Virus record (IMG/VR): IMGVR_UViG_2687453479_000001
Length of the DNA stretch: 64,000 nt
Origin: an uncultured virus (IMG/VR IMGVR_UViG_2687453479_000001)
Lineage: Duplodnaviria > Heunggongvirae > Uroviricota > Caudoviricetes
Reading direction: 5' to 3' (one strand)
Under the pieces are notes generated by a model. That model saw nothing but the letters and a program-made list of their open reading frames with translations, did not search any database and was not told where the DNA came from. Both the position numbers and the translations under genes were made by a program. The first letter of the stretch is position 1, and each line of letters begins with the position of its first letter. Positions 9,956 through 24,238 of the stretch are shown here, piece by piece.

Positions 9956-10404
9956 AGCCGAAAGTGCAGCCCTTGGGCGCAGCCATCGCCCGCGAACGTC
10001 AGGACGGCGGACGGGTGAAGTTGTCCACCTTCATCCCGCTGAAGATCCGCAAGCGTGGTGGCTGCAAGGTGGTGGTACGCCCGGACGGCCAGCTCGATGC
10101 GCCGGGCAAGGTGGCCACCCAGATCGACCAGCCCTTGCTGGTGGCGCTGACGCGGGCCTTCTACTGGCAGCAACTGCTCGATGATGGTGTGGTGGGCAGT
10201 GGCAGCGAGATCGCCCAGCACGAAGGCCTGCACCACTCGACGGTCAACGAACTGCTGCGTCTGACCCTGCTGGAGCCCGCCATCATCCAGACCATCCTGG
10301 CCGGGCAGCAGCCCAAGTGCATGAGCCTGCTGTGGTTCCAGCGCAATCCGCTGCCGACGGACTGGGTGGCGCAGCGGGAGGTGGTGGCGGGGTTTGATGC
10401 CTGA
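9952..10404 (+). CDS. Recombinase-associated HTH protein (possible directionality factor)
   Basis: ATGA overlap with integrase; paralog at 54184. Confidence 0.7.
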   Translation: MKPKVQPLGAAIARERQDGGRVKLSTFIPLKIRKRGGCKVVVRPDGQLDAPGKVATQIDQPLLVALTRAFYWQQLLDDGVVGSGSEIAQHEGLHHSTVNELLRLTLLEPAIIQTILAGQQPKCMSLLWFQRNPLPTDWVAQREVVAGFDA

Positions 10405-10722
10405 CTGGGTTACGAGCCCTCGATCACCCGTGCCACATCACTGCGGCATTCAGCGCACTTGCCGCCACCCTTGATGGCGCCGCTGAAATTGGTGATCGTT
10501 GTCTCAAAACGGCACTGGCCGCACCAGACGTTGGACAGCAGTCGCTGGCGGATATCGGCAGGGATGGTCTCTCAGCGCTGACGGGTGGGTTTGGTGAAGC
10601 TGGGAAATGACTCAACGCCTACTGTGGACTCTGCCAGTTCAGGCACCCGCTTGATCGCCATCGCCCTGGCTTCTTTCATCGCAGCCTGAGTCTGCAGGTT
10701 CGGTGTTTTCTCGTTCATGGCA

Positions 10723-11103
10723 TCACTCTGCGGCGACGGCAAACGACCGCAGCCAGGGATCGAGGTGGGCGATATCAAAGGTGCCCGAGTCGAACATCTG
10801 CATCATCTCGGCATAGATCTGCATCGGCGCACGCTGCAAGCGCCAGCCATTGATGCGCAGGAACACGTCGGCCGCCGCAAAGGCGATGCGCTTGTTCCCG
10901 TCCACGAACGGGTGGTTGATTGCCAGGCTTTCCAACAGAGCAGCAGCCTCAGCCACGATGTCATCGTAGTAGCCGGTCTGCGGCCGGAACAGTGCGGCCT
11001 CCAGCGCCCCTGGGTCACGCACGCCCGGCGCGCCGCCGTAACGCTGCATCAGCACCGTGTGCATGCCCAGCACATCGGCCACGGTCAGGTAATCGTGAGC
11101 CAC
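10723..11103 (-). CDS. doc: Death-on-curing (Fic/Doc) family toxin
   Basis: NHPFVDGNKR motif, GVRDPGALEAAL, 126 aa. Confidence 0.88.
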   Translation of the reverse strand: MAHDYLTVADVLGMHTVLMQRYGGAPGVRDPGALEAALFRPQTGYYDDIVAEAAALLESLAINHPFVDGNKRIAFAAADVFLRINGWRLQRAPMQIYAEMMQMFDSGTFDIAHLDPWLRSFAVAAE

Positions 11104-11106
11104 GGT

Positions 11107-11352
11107 TTACTTGGCCAATTCGCGGTAGAGGCTGTCGAACTCTTCCAGACTGGAAGCGAAAGAAGCCATCACGTGGCGGCGTGGGCGCTCTTTTTGCTGC
11201 CGGTCGATATAGTCGCGCAGGGCGTCATCGAGCACCGCCTGGAACTGGCGGCCCTGGCTTTCTGCGATCTGGCGCAGCGCCGCCAGCACATCGGGCGCGG
11301 CCTGGGAGGAAAACTTTTCGCGGACAGCAGTGGTCATGGCCATCTCCATCAT
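11107..11352 (-). CDS. Putative antitoxin (ribbon-helix-helix-like)
   Basis: Small ORF immediately upstream of doc. Confidence 0.72.
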   Translation of the reverse strand: MMEMAMTTAVREKFSSQAAPDVLAALRQIAESQGRQFQAVLDDALRDYIDRQQKERPRRHVMASFASSLEEFDSLYRELAK

Positions 11353-11459
11353 GATTCATCTTGACGCTTCATGATAGAGCAAGACAGGAAGGTTTGCTAC
11401 CGCGTTGACGGCGTTCGATGCCTGACCGGTGGCCTTGGTTGACGGTGAACCGGCGCTCG

Positions 11460-11472
11460 TAAGTTGTTGATT
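11460..11472 (-). promoter_or_regulatory. IHF-consensus site near element A end
   Basis: AATCAACAACTTA matches WATCAANNNNTTR. Confidence 0.5.
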
Positions 11473-11614
11473 TTACTAGACCGCCATCTGCGCCTACCCG
11501 CAGGCCAAACGGAGAACAGAGACGGCTCTGACCGAGAAAGTGGCCGATTTCGGGTGTTTCGGGTGATGGTCACCCGCAGCACAGGTGGCCGGAACCCCGC
11601 GTGGTGCGGGGATT

Positions 11615-11672
11615 TCGGGCAAGAAAAAGGGCCCGGAGATTATCCGAGCCCTTATATATGGTGGTGGGGCGG
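11615..11672 (-). terminator. CCACCA end + intrinsic terminator; att-like right end of element A
   Basis: Minus strand CCACCA...AAGGGCTCGGA-loop-TCCGGGCCCTTTTTCTTGCCCGA; same layout at 55713-55773. Confidence 0.6.
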
Positions 11673-11852
11673 CAGCCCGCGCCAAACGACCGTTGAAAGT
11701 ACGCGATACCGGCGTTCCGGCAAGTTGATAAGTCCTGCTGGCTGCTGCGAAAAGCGGGGGTTGACAGGCCAGAGGCAGCGGACGATCAAGCGGTTTTTCC
11801 CGTGGATCGGTCACCGATATGGCCGTTCAAACTCGTATGCTTCTCTGGTCCG

Positions 11853-11888
11853 GTTCGATTCCGGAATCGGGAATTGAACCCGCGTCCG
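11853..11888. repeat. att-like motif with tmRNA 3'-arm-like sequence
   Basis: GTTCGATTCCGG-N4-GGGAATTGAACCCGCGTCC; degenerate copy at 15533. Confidence 0.5.
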
Positions 11889-11975
11889 TCCCCCCGACCA
11901 AGAGCACACCCATTCACACCCATTCCGGGGTAAGGCAGCCCGGGGTGCGGGGAATCGCACCTTCTATCGCCGCAT

Positions 11976-13093
11976 TATTGATCCGGCCCTTGCGCACTTG
12001 AAATTTTCTGCACCACCCTCAACTCGGATTCATGCAAGCAACCGACATGAGATCGCTGAGCCGCGAAGCGCGGCACGAGCGCCGCGTGCAGGTCATTCGA
12101 CTGCGCAAAGCCGGCAACACGTACGAGGAAATCGCCGTACTCACCGGCCTGAGCCGCACGGGCGTCTTCAACATCTGCAAGCGCCATGAAGCGCTCGGCG
12201 CCAAGGCCCTGCACGACACCATCGGAGGCCGCAAGGTGGGGCAGAACCGCTTGCTCGATGCCGCGCAGGAGGGGCAGGTTCGCAAGCTCATTGCCGACAA
12301 GACACCCGATCAGCTGAAGATGCCCTACGCGCTGTGGAGCCGCGCTGCAGTGGCCCAACTCATCGAGCAGCGGTTTGGCATTCGATTGCAGGTGCGCACC
12401 ATGGGCAAGTACCTGGCGCGCTGGGGCTTCACACCGCAAAAGCCGATGAAGAAGGCCTACGAGCAGTCACCGGCGGCAGTCAAGAAGTGGCTCGATGAGG
12501 ACTACCCGGCCATCGCCGCGCGCGCCAAGGCCGAAGGGGCGGAGATTCATTGGGGCGACGAGAGCGGGCTGCGCAGCGACGACGTGCGCGGCCGAGGTTT
12601 CGCGCCCAAGGGCCAGACGCCGGTGGTGCGGGTCAACAACAAGCGCCACGGCCTGTCTGTCATCTCTACCGTCACCAACAAGGGGCAGATGCGCTGGCGC
12701 ATTTTTGACGGCGCGCTCAACACCACGATCCTGATCGACTTTCTGCGCCGCCTGATCAAGGGACAGACCAGAAAGCTATTCCTGATCCTGGACAACCTGC
12801 GGGTGCATCACGCCAGGCAGGTCAAGACCTGGCTAGCAGAGCATGCCGATGCCATCGAGGTGTTCTACCTACCGAGCTACAGCCCGGAGTTGAACCCGGA
12901 TGAGATGGCCAATGCAGACATCAAGCAGGCGGTAACCAAGCAGGCGCCGGCGCGCACGAAGCTGCAATTGGTGAAGGCCGCCGCAAAGCACTTACGCAGC
13001 GTGCAACGCCAGCCCGAACGAATTCGCAAGTATTTCGAGCACGGCCCTGTTCGCTATGCAGCTTGATACAAGTTCACAGGGGCCGGATCAATA
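11976..13093 (+). mobile_element. IS630-family insertion sequence
   Basis: Terminal IRs TATTGATCCGGCCC/GGGCCGGATCAATA including duplicated TA. Confidence 0.93.
12032..13066 (+). CDS. IS630 DDE transposase
   Basis: WGDES, ILDNLRVH, LPSYSPELNPDE. Confidence 0.95.
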   Translation: MQATDMRSLSREARHERRVQVIRLRKAGNTYEEIAVLTGLSRTGVFNICKRHEALGAKALHDTIGGRKVGQNRLLDAAQEGQVRKLIADKTPDQLKMPYALWSRAAVAQLIEQRFGIRLQVRTMGKYLARWGFTPQKPMKKAYEQSPAAVKKWLDEDYPAIAARAKAEGAEIHWGDESGLRSDDVRGRGFAPKGQTPVVRVNNKRHGLSVISTVTNKGQMRWRIFDGALNTTILIDFLRRLIKGQTRKLFLILDNLRVHHARQVKTWLAEHADAIEVFYLPSYSPELNPDEMANADIKQAVTKQAPARTKLQLVKAAAKHLRSVQRQPERIRKYFEHGPVRYAA

Positions 13094-13143
13094 TATGCGG
13101 TGAATAACTTGCGCATGCGGAGAATGAAGCCCATAATCTCCGC

Positions 13144-14265
13144 ATGAACAGCGGCGATTACAAGTACATCTGGCAGGCCAGTGACTGGCCGGACTGGCGC
13201 TTCGACCTGGCGGCGCTCGCTGGCCCTATGGCGGATGTGAGTCGTGCTCAAGGGCTCTTGCTGGGGCGTCTGGCCGACGTGGGCATGGCGCTGCGCGATC
13301 AGGCCAGCCTGGCGGCGCTCACCGAAGACGTGGTCAAGACCAGCGAAATCGAGGGCGAGCAGCTCAACGTCGAGTCCGTGCGCTCAAGCATCGCTCGCCG
13401 GCTGGGCGTCGACATCGGGGCGTTGGCTCCAGTCGATCGTCATGTCGAAGGCGTGGTGGAGATGGTGCTCGACGCCACGGTCAACTGCGCGGCGCCGGTG
13501 ACCCGCGAGCGGTTGTTCGGCTGGCACGCGGCGCTCTTTCCCACTGGTTACTCCGGCCTCTCCAGGATCAAGGTCGGCAGTTGGCGCGACGACGCCAGTG
13601 GCCCCATGCAGGTGGTCTCCGGCCCCATCGGCCGCCAGCGCGTGCATTTCGAGGCGCCGCCCGCCGATCGACTGGAGACCGAGACAGGTCGTTTCCTCGA
13701 ATGGGTCAATGCGGACTCGGGTGAGCCACCGCTCGTCAAGGCGGGGCTTGCCCATCTGTGGTTCGTGACCTTGCACCCGTTCGACGACGGCAACGGCCGT
13801 ATCGCCCGGGCCATCGGCGACCTGCTGTTGGCGCGCGCCGACGGCAGCCCGCAGCGCTTCTACAGCCTGTCGGCGCAGATCCAGCGGGAGCGCAAGGCCT
13901 ACTACGATATTCTGGAGCGCACCCAGAAGCGGTCCATGGACGTCACCGAGTGGCTGGCCTGGTTCCTCGACACCCTGCATCGCGCCGTCGATCAGGCGCA
14001 GCACACCCTCGATGCCGTGCTGACCAAGGCACGCTTCTGGCAGCACTGGGCAGCCACACCTTTGAACGAGCGACAGGTGAAATTGCTCAACCGGCTACTC
14101 GATGGCTTTGAAGGTAAGCTCACCAGCAGCAAGTGGGCGGCGATCGCCAAGTGCTCGCCAGACACGGCGCTGCGCGACATCAACGACCTGCTCGCGCGCG
14201 GCGTGCTGCGGAAATCGAATGCGGGCGGGCGCAGTACCAGCTACGAGCTGAACGATCTCCCGTAG
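13144..14265 (+). CDS. Fic family protein (DUF4172-type N-terminus, C-terminal HTH)
   Basis: HPFDDGNGRIAR; YIWQASDWPDW; DTALRDINDL. Confidence 0.9.
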   Translation: MNSGDYKYIWQASDWPDWRFDLAALAGPMADVSRAQGLLLGRLADVGMALRDQASLAALTEDVVKTSEIEGEQLNVESVRSSIARRLGVDIGALAPVDRHVEGVVEMVLDATVNCAAPVTRERLFGWHAALFPTGYSGLSRIKVGSWRDDASGPMQVVSGPIGRQRVHFEAPPADRLETETGRFLEWVNADSGEPPLVKAGLAHLWFVTLHPFDDGNGRIARAIGDLLLARADGSPQRFYSLSAQIQRERKAYYDILERTQKRSMDVTEWLAWFLDTLHRAVDQAQHTLDAVLTKARFWQHWAATPLNERQVKLLNRLLDGFEGKLTSSKWAAIAKCSPDTALRDINDLLARGVLRKSNAGGRSTSYELNDLP

Positions 14266-14288
14266 TAACCGCGCGTCTTCTGAATTGA

Positions 14289-14318
14289 CTTGGCTGGCGG
14301 ACCGAACAGCGCCTTCAT
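14289..14318 (+). promoter_or_regulatory. Conserved 30-bp upstream motif, copy 3
   Basis: CTTGGCTGG-N7-AACAGCGCCTTCAT. Confidence 0.65.
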
Positions 14319-14352
14319 GGACTCCTGCCAACTCATGCGGAAGGAGACCAAG

Positions 14353-14571
14353 ATGGACGTCGTTCACCTCAATCAAAAACAACTGGCCGCCCGCTGGAGT
14401 ATCAGCGAAGCCACCCTCGAACGCTGGCGCAGCGCGGGGATAGGGCCCAAGTTCCTGAAGATCTGCGGCCGGGTGTTGTACCGCCAAGTCGACATCGAAG
14501 CCTACGAGGAGTCGTGCCTGCAGATATCAACCAGCCAGTCTGCGGTCGTTGCCCATGGCCAAACAAACTGA
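14353..14571 (+). CDS. AlpA-like HTH regulator
   Basis: HLNQKQLAARWSISEATLERWRSAGIGP; close paralog of 50197-50409. Confidence 0.85.
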   Translation: MDVVHLNQKQLAARWSISEATLERWRSAGIGPKFLKICGRVLYRQVDIEAYEESCLQISTSQSAVVAHGQTN

Positions 14572-15172
14572 GATCGTCAGCCGCTGGATCGATGCGCAGC
14601 CGGAGGGCGCCTTGCTCAGGAGCCTGGACCTGGAGCACTTGGTCAATCGCGATCAAGCGTCGCGGCAGTTGGTTCGCTTGGCACGGCATGGGCGTTTGAG
14701 GCGCGTGGCGCGCAGCATGTACGTCGCCGTGACGGCCAGCCGCTTCGGTCCAGTCCCGCCGCCCGCCGACAAACTGGTCCAGTCCCTCGCGCGCATCACG
14801 GGGCACGCCATCGTCCGTCATGGCGCGGCTGCGGCCAGTGCCCTGGGGCTGACCACGCAGGTCCCCGTCCGACAGATCTACCTGACCGACGGCCGCGCGC
14901 GGACGCTCAATCTCGGCAAGCAGGTCATCGAGATCCGCCGTGCCCCCAGGTGGATGTTGGTGCTGGGCGATAGTCTCGCCGGTGGTGTCGTCAGAGCCCT
15001 TGAATGGCTTGGCCCGGACCTCGCCGAAACCATGGTCGGCAAGTTGGTTGGGCGCATCGGGCGGGATGACTGGAACGCCGTGCTCGAAACCAGGACTCAC
15101 CTGCCGGCGTGGATGGTAGTGGCAATCCAGAAAGGTCTTCCCGCGTCGGCACTTGTTCCGTTTCGTCGGTAG
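14555..15172 (+). CDS. DUF6088 / AbiEi-antitoxin-like protein
   Basis: LVRLARHGRLRRVARSMY, LGLTTQVP, YLTDGRARTL. Confidence 0.7.
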   Translation: MAKQTEIVSRWIDAQPEGALLRSLDLEHLVNRDQASRQLVRLARHGRLRRVARSMYVAVTASRFGPVPPPADKLVQSLARITGHAIVRHGAAAASALGLTTQVPVRQIYLTDGRARTLNLGKQVIEIRRAPRWMLVLGDSLAGGVVRALEWLGPDLAETMVGKLVGRIGRDDWNAVLETRTHLPAWMVVAIQKGLPASALVPFRR

Positions 15173-15689
15173 ATGTCGACAAGTACCGACGTTTCGAAAC
15201 ACGGCGGCATCCGACCACGGTTACAAGCGGATTGCCGGCATACCGAAAGTCCGCAGTCCGCAAGTGCGGACTGGTCAAGCAGGTTGTTCAAAATCAAGGA
15301 CCTGCCATCAGACCGTGCGGGCTGGCGAGGGTTCCTGCGGGTTCGTGCGGAATGGTTCGGACTCCTGCGGGGAATCGGTGGGGTGGAACCCAGCACCAAA
15401 CCTATGTAACTCAGCGCCTTAGAGCCGCAACAAACTCCTGCGGAAAGGAGCGGAAGCCAGCCCCCCAGTGCCGGCAATCGTATCAGTTCCCGCCGGCCGT
15501 GGCATCAGCCAAGTGCCTCAGGTCGACGTCCAGTTCGATTCCGGGTTTGGGAACCGAACCTGCCTCCACCTATCGGGTCGCGCCGTCCTTCGGCGGAAGT
15601 GAGCTTGGGTGCTTGGGTAACCATCACTGCTAGTGAGGATTCGGGGCGGGTCCACTGAGCAGTAGAAGAGTGCATCCGGCCCTCGCTAG

Positions 15690-16544
15690 TTAGGCAGGAA
15701 TCTCACCAACGGGAAGAAAATCCCCTTGCTTGTCGTCGCGTAAGCTGATGTATTCGAGTCGCCACTGATCTACGCGTCGAAGATCGGCAAGCGTCATGTG
15801 CGTGTCGGGCACAGCTTCGCAGGCATCGAGAGCGATTTCGGTGGCTATATCTGGTGTCCCGTAGGCCTTCTCGAAAAGGTCGCGCAACTGCTTTGCGACG
15901 CGTTCGGCGGATTCACGTGCAGATGAGCCCCCATTGACGGCGTCGTAAACCACGGATATGGACAGCACGTATGGTTCATCCTCTGCTACTTCAGTCCAGC
16001 GCTGCTCCCCCAAATCAAAGAACAGACCAACCAGATGTCTTGCTTCCGGCTCCAGAATCTTTCCAACCCAGTTCTTGACCTCTCGTTTGCCGGAGCGCTT
16101 GCTCAGCCGGTTCTCGAATGCATTTGGAAACGCCGGCCTTCCATAGCGGGCGGCAAGCCACTGTTTCAAAACTCGCTTCGATTCGATCGGGAGCAAGACG
16201 CTATCGTCCCTCGCCGCGTACTTGGCAAAGGTGTCTTTGGTGATGGCGCGTCGATTCCCTTGCCGAAGCTCTAGTATCAGTAGACTGCCATCCGCAGCGT
16301 CGTACGCAAGATGGAGTCGACGCGGGTTCTTGGCATAAGAGAGCTGCGGGTCAAGCGTTGCATCGCCGATTACGTCAGCGAGGATGACCTCGATGCAATG
16401 CTCGGCTTCATGTGAGATGTCACAGTCATGCGTGATGATGATGGCACGGACCTCGTCATCCGCCGTCTCGACCAAACCCAGTAGTGCCGCAGTTTGGCGA
16501 GTGAGTATGTCGCCCTGTCGCCAATCCGTATCCCGTGCCAGCAT
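15690..16544 (-). CDS. Hypothetical protein, third gene of TIGR04255-like operon
   Basis: 284 aa, GGAGG RBS, WRQGDIL and ITHDCDI motifs. Confidence 0.75.
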   Translation of the reverse strand: MLARDTDWRQGDILTRQTAALLGLVETADDEVRAIIITHDCDISHEAEHCIEVILADVIGDATLDPQLSYAKNPRRLHLAYDAADGSLLILELRQGNRRAITKDTFAKYAARDDSVLLPIESKRVLKQWLAARYGRPAFPNAFENRLSKRSGKREVKNWVGKILEPEARHLVGLFFDLGEQRWTEVAEDEPYVLSISVVYDAVNGGSSARESAERVAKQLRDLFEKAYGTPDIATEIALDACEAVPDTHMTLADLRRVDQWRLEYISLRDDKQGDFLPVGEIPA

Positions 16545-16560
16545 TCATCTTCCTCCCAGG

Positions 16561-17235
16561 TCATTGCTCGGGAGACCCGGGAATGGAAGCCTCGGCACGC
16601 CAATCGTCCGAAGGTTCGGCTTTGGTTCGCGCCAGCCCGGAACGGTCGTATGCCATATCCATGGCCCGTGCTTCGGCAATCAATGACTGAACGTGCGATG
16701 GCAAAAGCTGGTCGGATGTGATTAGATCCATCAGCGACCGGCCTTCGAACGCCTTCATTTTCAGCATCGCAGGCGCGCGTGTGATTCCAGCTTCGTGAAA
16801 AGCATCGGCCACATGGCTGAGCGATTGGATTCGCTTGAAATTATCGGCCTCAGGCATCGACTCGCCGCCAATCCACTTGTAGATCGCTTGCCTGGAGACA
16901 CCAAATACCGCCGCCAGATCAGCGATGGCAGGATTGAGCACCTGCCGGATGTTGGCTAGGTGTTCCGAAGCGGAACGAAGATCCGGACGCTCGACGACGT
17001 CGTCTGTCACTCCAATATCGACATAGACCGGAACGCGAGCCTCGACCAGCTTGCGCCACTCCCCGGCGCGGGAGATATCGAACACGCTACCGGTACCGCT
17101 GACAGCGAGCGTCGAGCCGATCAACGCGAATGCTGCCGTGGCGGCAGCACTGATTGGCACGACGAACGGCGCACTTCGATGTGTAGGCAATGCTTCGGTG
17201 TACATAGCGGATGCCTCCAATGATCTCATGCCCAT
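16561..17235 (-). CDS. HTH-containing protein (start may be 17229 or 17205)
   Basis: IADLAAVFGVSRQAIYKWIGGE. Confidence 0.75.
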   Translation of the reverse strand: MGMRSLEASAMYTEALPTHRSAPFVVPISAAATAAFALIGSTLAVSGTGSVFDISRAGEWRKLVEARVPVYVDIGVTDDVVERPDLRSASEHLANIRQVLNPAIADLAAVFGVSRQAIYKWIGGESMPEADNFKRIQSLSHVADAFHEAGITRAPAMLKMKAFEGRSLMDLITSDQLLPSHVQSLIAEARAMDMAYDRSGLARTKAEPSDDWRAEASIPGSPEQ

Positions 17236-18026
17236 GCCTTGCGTGCGTGACCCGTCGTGGTTGCTTCGAACACGGATTTGATCGTCGCATGAAGCGAAAG
17301 CAGCTGCTCTCCAAGCTTGTCCATATCGATTGGCATACGCCCTTCGGTGTAATGATCCGTGTCGATCACGCCATGTTCGCGAGGTTCTTTCATCTCGAAC
17401 CGTGGATTCACCGCCAGACCGCTAGGTAGCATGTCTGGAGGGAAGCCGAGCGGTGCAGTCATTCTGTACACGCGGGCCACCAACGTCCCAGTTGGTAGGA
17501 GTGGGCGAGTTTCTGTAGTAAACACAGACTCGGTCATCGTGTGTCGGCGAGTTGCATTGAAGTCCACGCCATGCAGTCCACCGACCAGGTACTGTTCGAC
17601 GGTTTCGCCAGCTTGTGGCAATACGGCATCCAGGTAGCGCAGTCCCAGTCGGCCAACGTGGTCGAGGGTTACGGTTTCATGCACTGCATTCAAACCGCGC
17701 AGCAATTCCGGGATGAACTCATTGTGGGTTTCGTAATGAGTCGTGTGGAAGGTGATCGCCGAGGGCGAAAGGATGTAACCGGCCGTCCGGTCGCTCCTGG
17801 TCATGAGCCAGGAAACCGTCTGCTGGATCTGCGGCTCGACGCGCTGTGCCTGTCCAGGACCCGGGACCACCAAGTGAGTGACCTGCTGCGGCTCGAATAG
17901 TGGGTAGCCCTCGCGCCGCAGCCGATCCTGGATCTGGTCGACGTACTTGGCCATCGCGGCAACAGGATTGAAATGCGCCTGTGCCAGCGCATAGTAAACA
18001 GGCGCCTTCGACATTCGCTCGCTCAC
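17226..18026 (-). CDS. TIGR04255-like protein
   Basis: MSKAPVYYALAQAHF, TTHYET, RLGLRYLD, IDTDH; GTG start after GGAG. Confidence 0.75.
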   Translation of the reverse strand: MSERMSKAPVYYALAQAHFNPVAAMAKYVDQIQDRLRREGYPLFEPQQVTHLVVPGPGQAQRVEPQIQQTVSWLMTRSDRTAGYILSPSAITFHTTHYETHNEFIPELLRGLNAVHETVTLDHVGRLGLRYLDAVLPQAGETVEQYLVGGLHGVDFNATRRHTMTESVFTTETRPLLPTGTLVARVYRMTAPLGFPPDMLPSGLAVNPRFEMKEPREHGVIDTDHYTEGRMPIDMDKLGEQLLSLHATIKSVFEATTTGHARKAWA

Positions 18027-18147
18027 AGGCTGCTCCATTTCATTGGTTGACACTTCAGTTGTCAGTTTACACTGTGGTTGACGATGGCGCCAGGTGGGTT
18101 TGGTCTTCAGTGTTGGTCGCGAAGAGGATTTTTGGTTGACGCTGCGC

Positions 18148-18180
18148 TTGACAAGACGATGCGATATTGCAAATATCGCA
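18148..18180 (+). promoter_or_regulatory. hsdM promoter with palindromic operator
   Basis: TTGACA at 18148; TGCGATATT-GCA-AATATCGCA at 18160-18180. Confidence 0.65.
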
Positions 18181-18183
18181 AAC

Positions 18184-20018
<1,835 letters not shown>

Positions 20019-20022
<4 letters not shown>

Positions 20023-21298
20023 TCCCAGACGAGTGGAGGGTAGTGCGCTTCGCTGAAATTGCCGATTACAAGGCTGGACGAACTCCTGCGCGTGCCAACC
20101 CAGAATATTGGGATGGAGCGGGGGATGGTGTGCCATGGGTTGCCATCTCGGACATGACCGAGTTCGACACGGTGACGGCCACGAAAGAGAAGATATCCAG
20201 GGCAGCCTTCGAGCACGTCTTCAGAAGCCAAGCGGTGCGTGCTGGAACGCTCATCATGAGCTTCAAGCTCACCATCGGGCGGGTTGCGACGCTCGGGGTC
20301 GACGCCTGCCACAACGAAGCCATTATCTCCATCTACCCCAAGCCGGAGGTTGATCAGCGCTACCTCGGCTATTTCTTGGCACAAGTCGACTATGACGCTC
20401 TCCAGGATCGCCAAGTCAAGGGGAATACCCTCAATCAGGAAAAGATCGACCGAATCGAGGTTTTGCTGCCGCCGCTCGACGAGCAATCATCAATAGCGAA
20501 TGTGCTGGATCTGCTAAGGCATTCCATTGACTTGCAGGACAGAGCACTTGCCACCGCCGAGGACCTAAAGCGTTCCGCCATGCGCGAGCTATTCACGCGC
20601 GGCCTGCGGGGCGAGCCGCAGAAGGAGACCGAGATCGGGCCGGTACCGGAGAGTTGGGTGTTGGAGCCCATCGGCGCACACTTTTCTGTCGTATCTGGCG
20701 GTACCCCCTCGCGAGGCAATCCCGCCTACTGGATCGGCGGCAACGTTCCCTGGGTGAAGACCACCGAGGTGGATTACTGCGAGATCACGGAGACCGAGGA
20801 GCACATCACACCCGAGGGACTGGAAAACTCCGCAGCCAAACTACTACCCAAGGGAACACTGTTGATGGCCATGTATGGCCAAGGAATTACTCGCGGCAAA
20901 GTTGCCATCCTTGGCATTGAAGCAGCATGCAATCAGGCATCTGCGGCCATGTCGCCCTTGGATGACGCAGTTCCAACGCGATTCCTCTACCACTTCCTGA
21001 CTTGGCAATATGAGGAGATTCGGTCGCTGGCTCATGGCGGCCAGCAGCAGAACCTCAATCTGGAAATCGTCCGGAGCCTGCTGGTTGTGGTTCCTCCCAC
21101 GCGCGCCGAGCAGGACGAGATCGTCGCCATCCTCGACGCCATCGACCGCAAGATCGATTTGCACCGCAAGAAGCGGGTGGTACTGGAAGAGCTGTTCAAG
21201 GCTCTGCTGCACAAGTTGATGACGGGCGAGATCCGGGCCGATGAACTGGACCTGTCGGCGCTGGATCGCGTCGAGTCCGAAGCCGAGGAGGCCGTGGC

Positions 21299-21302
<4 letters not shown>
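20019..21302 (+). CDS. hsdS: Type I R-M specificity subunit
   Basis: Two TRDs (IPDEW/VPESW, GRTP/GGTP, PPLDEQ/PPTRAEQ). Confidence 0.93.

Positions 21303-24234
<2,932 letters not shown>

Positions 24235-24238
<4 letters not shown>

Larger units (their letters stand above)
1..11670. mobile_element. Element A: serine-recombinase integrative element, candidate phage satellite (left end outside window)
   Basis: Primase-helicase, AlpA-like HTH, DUF2924-recombinase-accessory module, TA pair, att-like right end; no structural genes seen. Confidence 0.75.

Noticed and set aside
11840..11960. Intact tRNA or tmRNA gene
   Set aside because: Only T-arm-like fragments; I could not fold a full cloverleaf.
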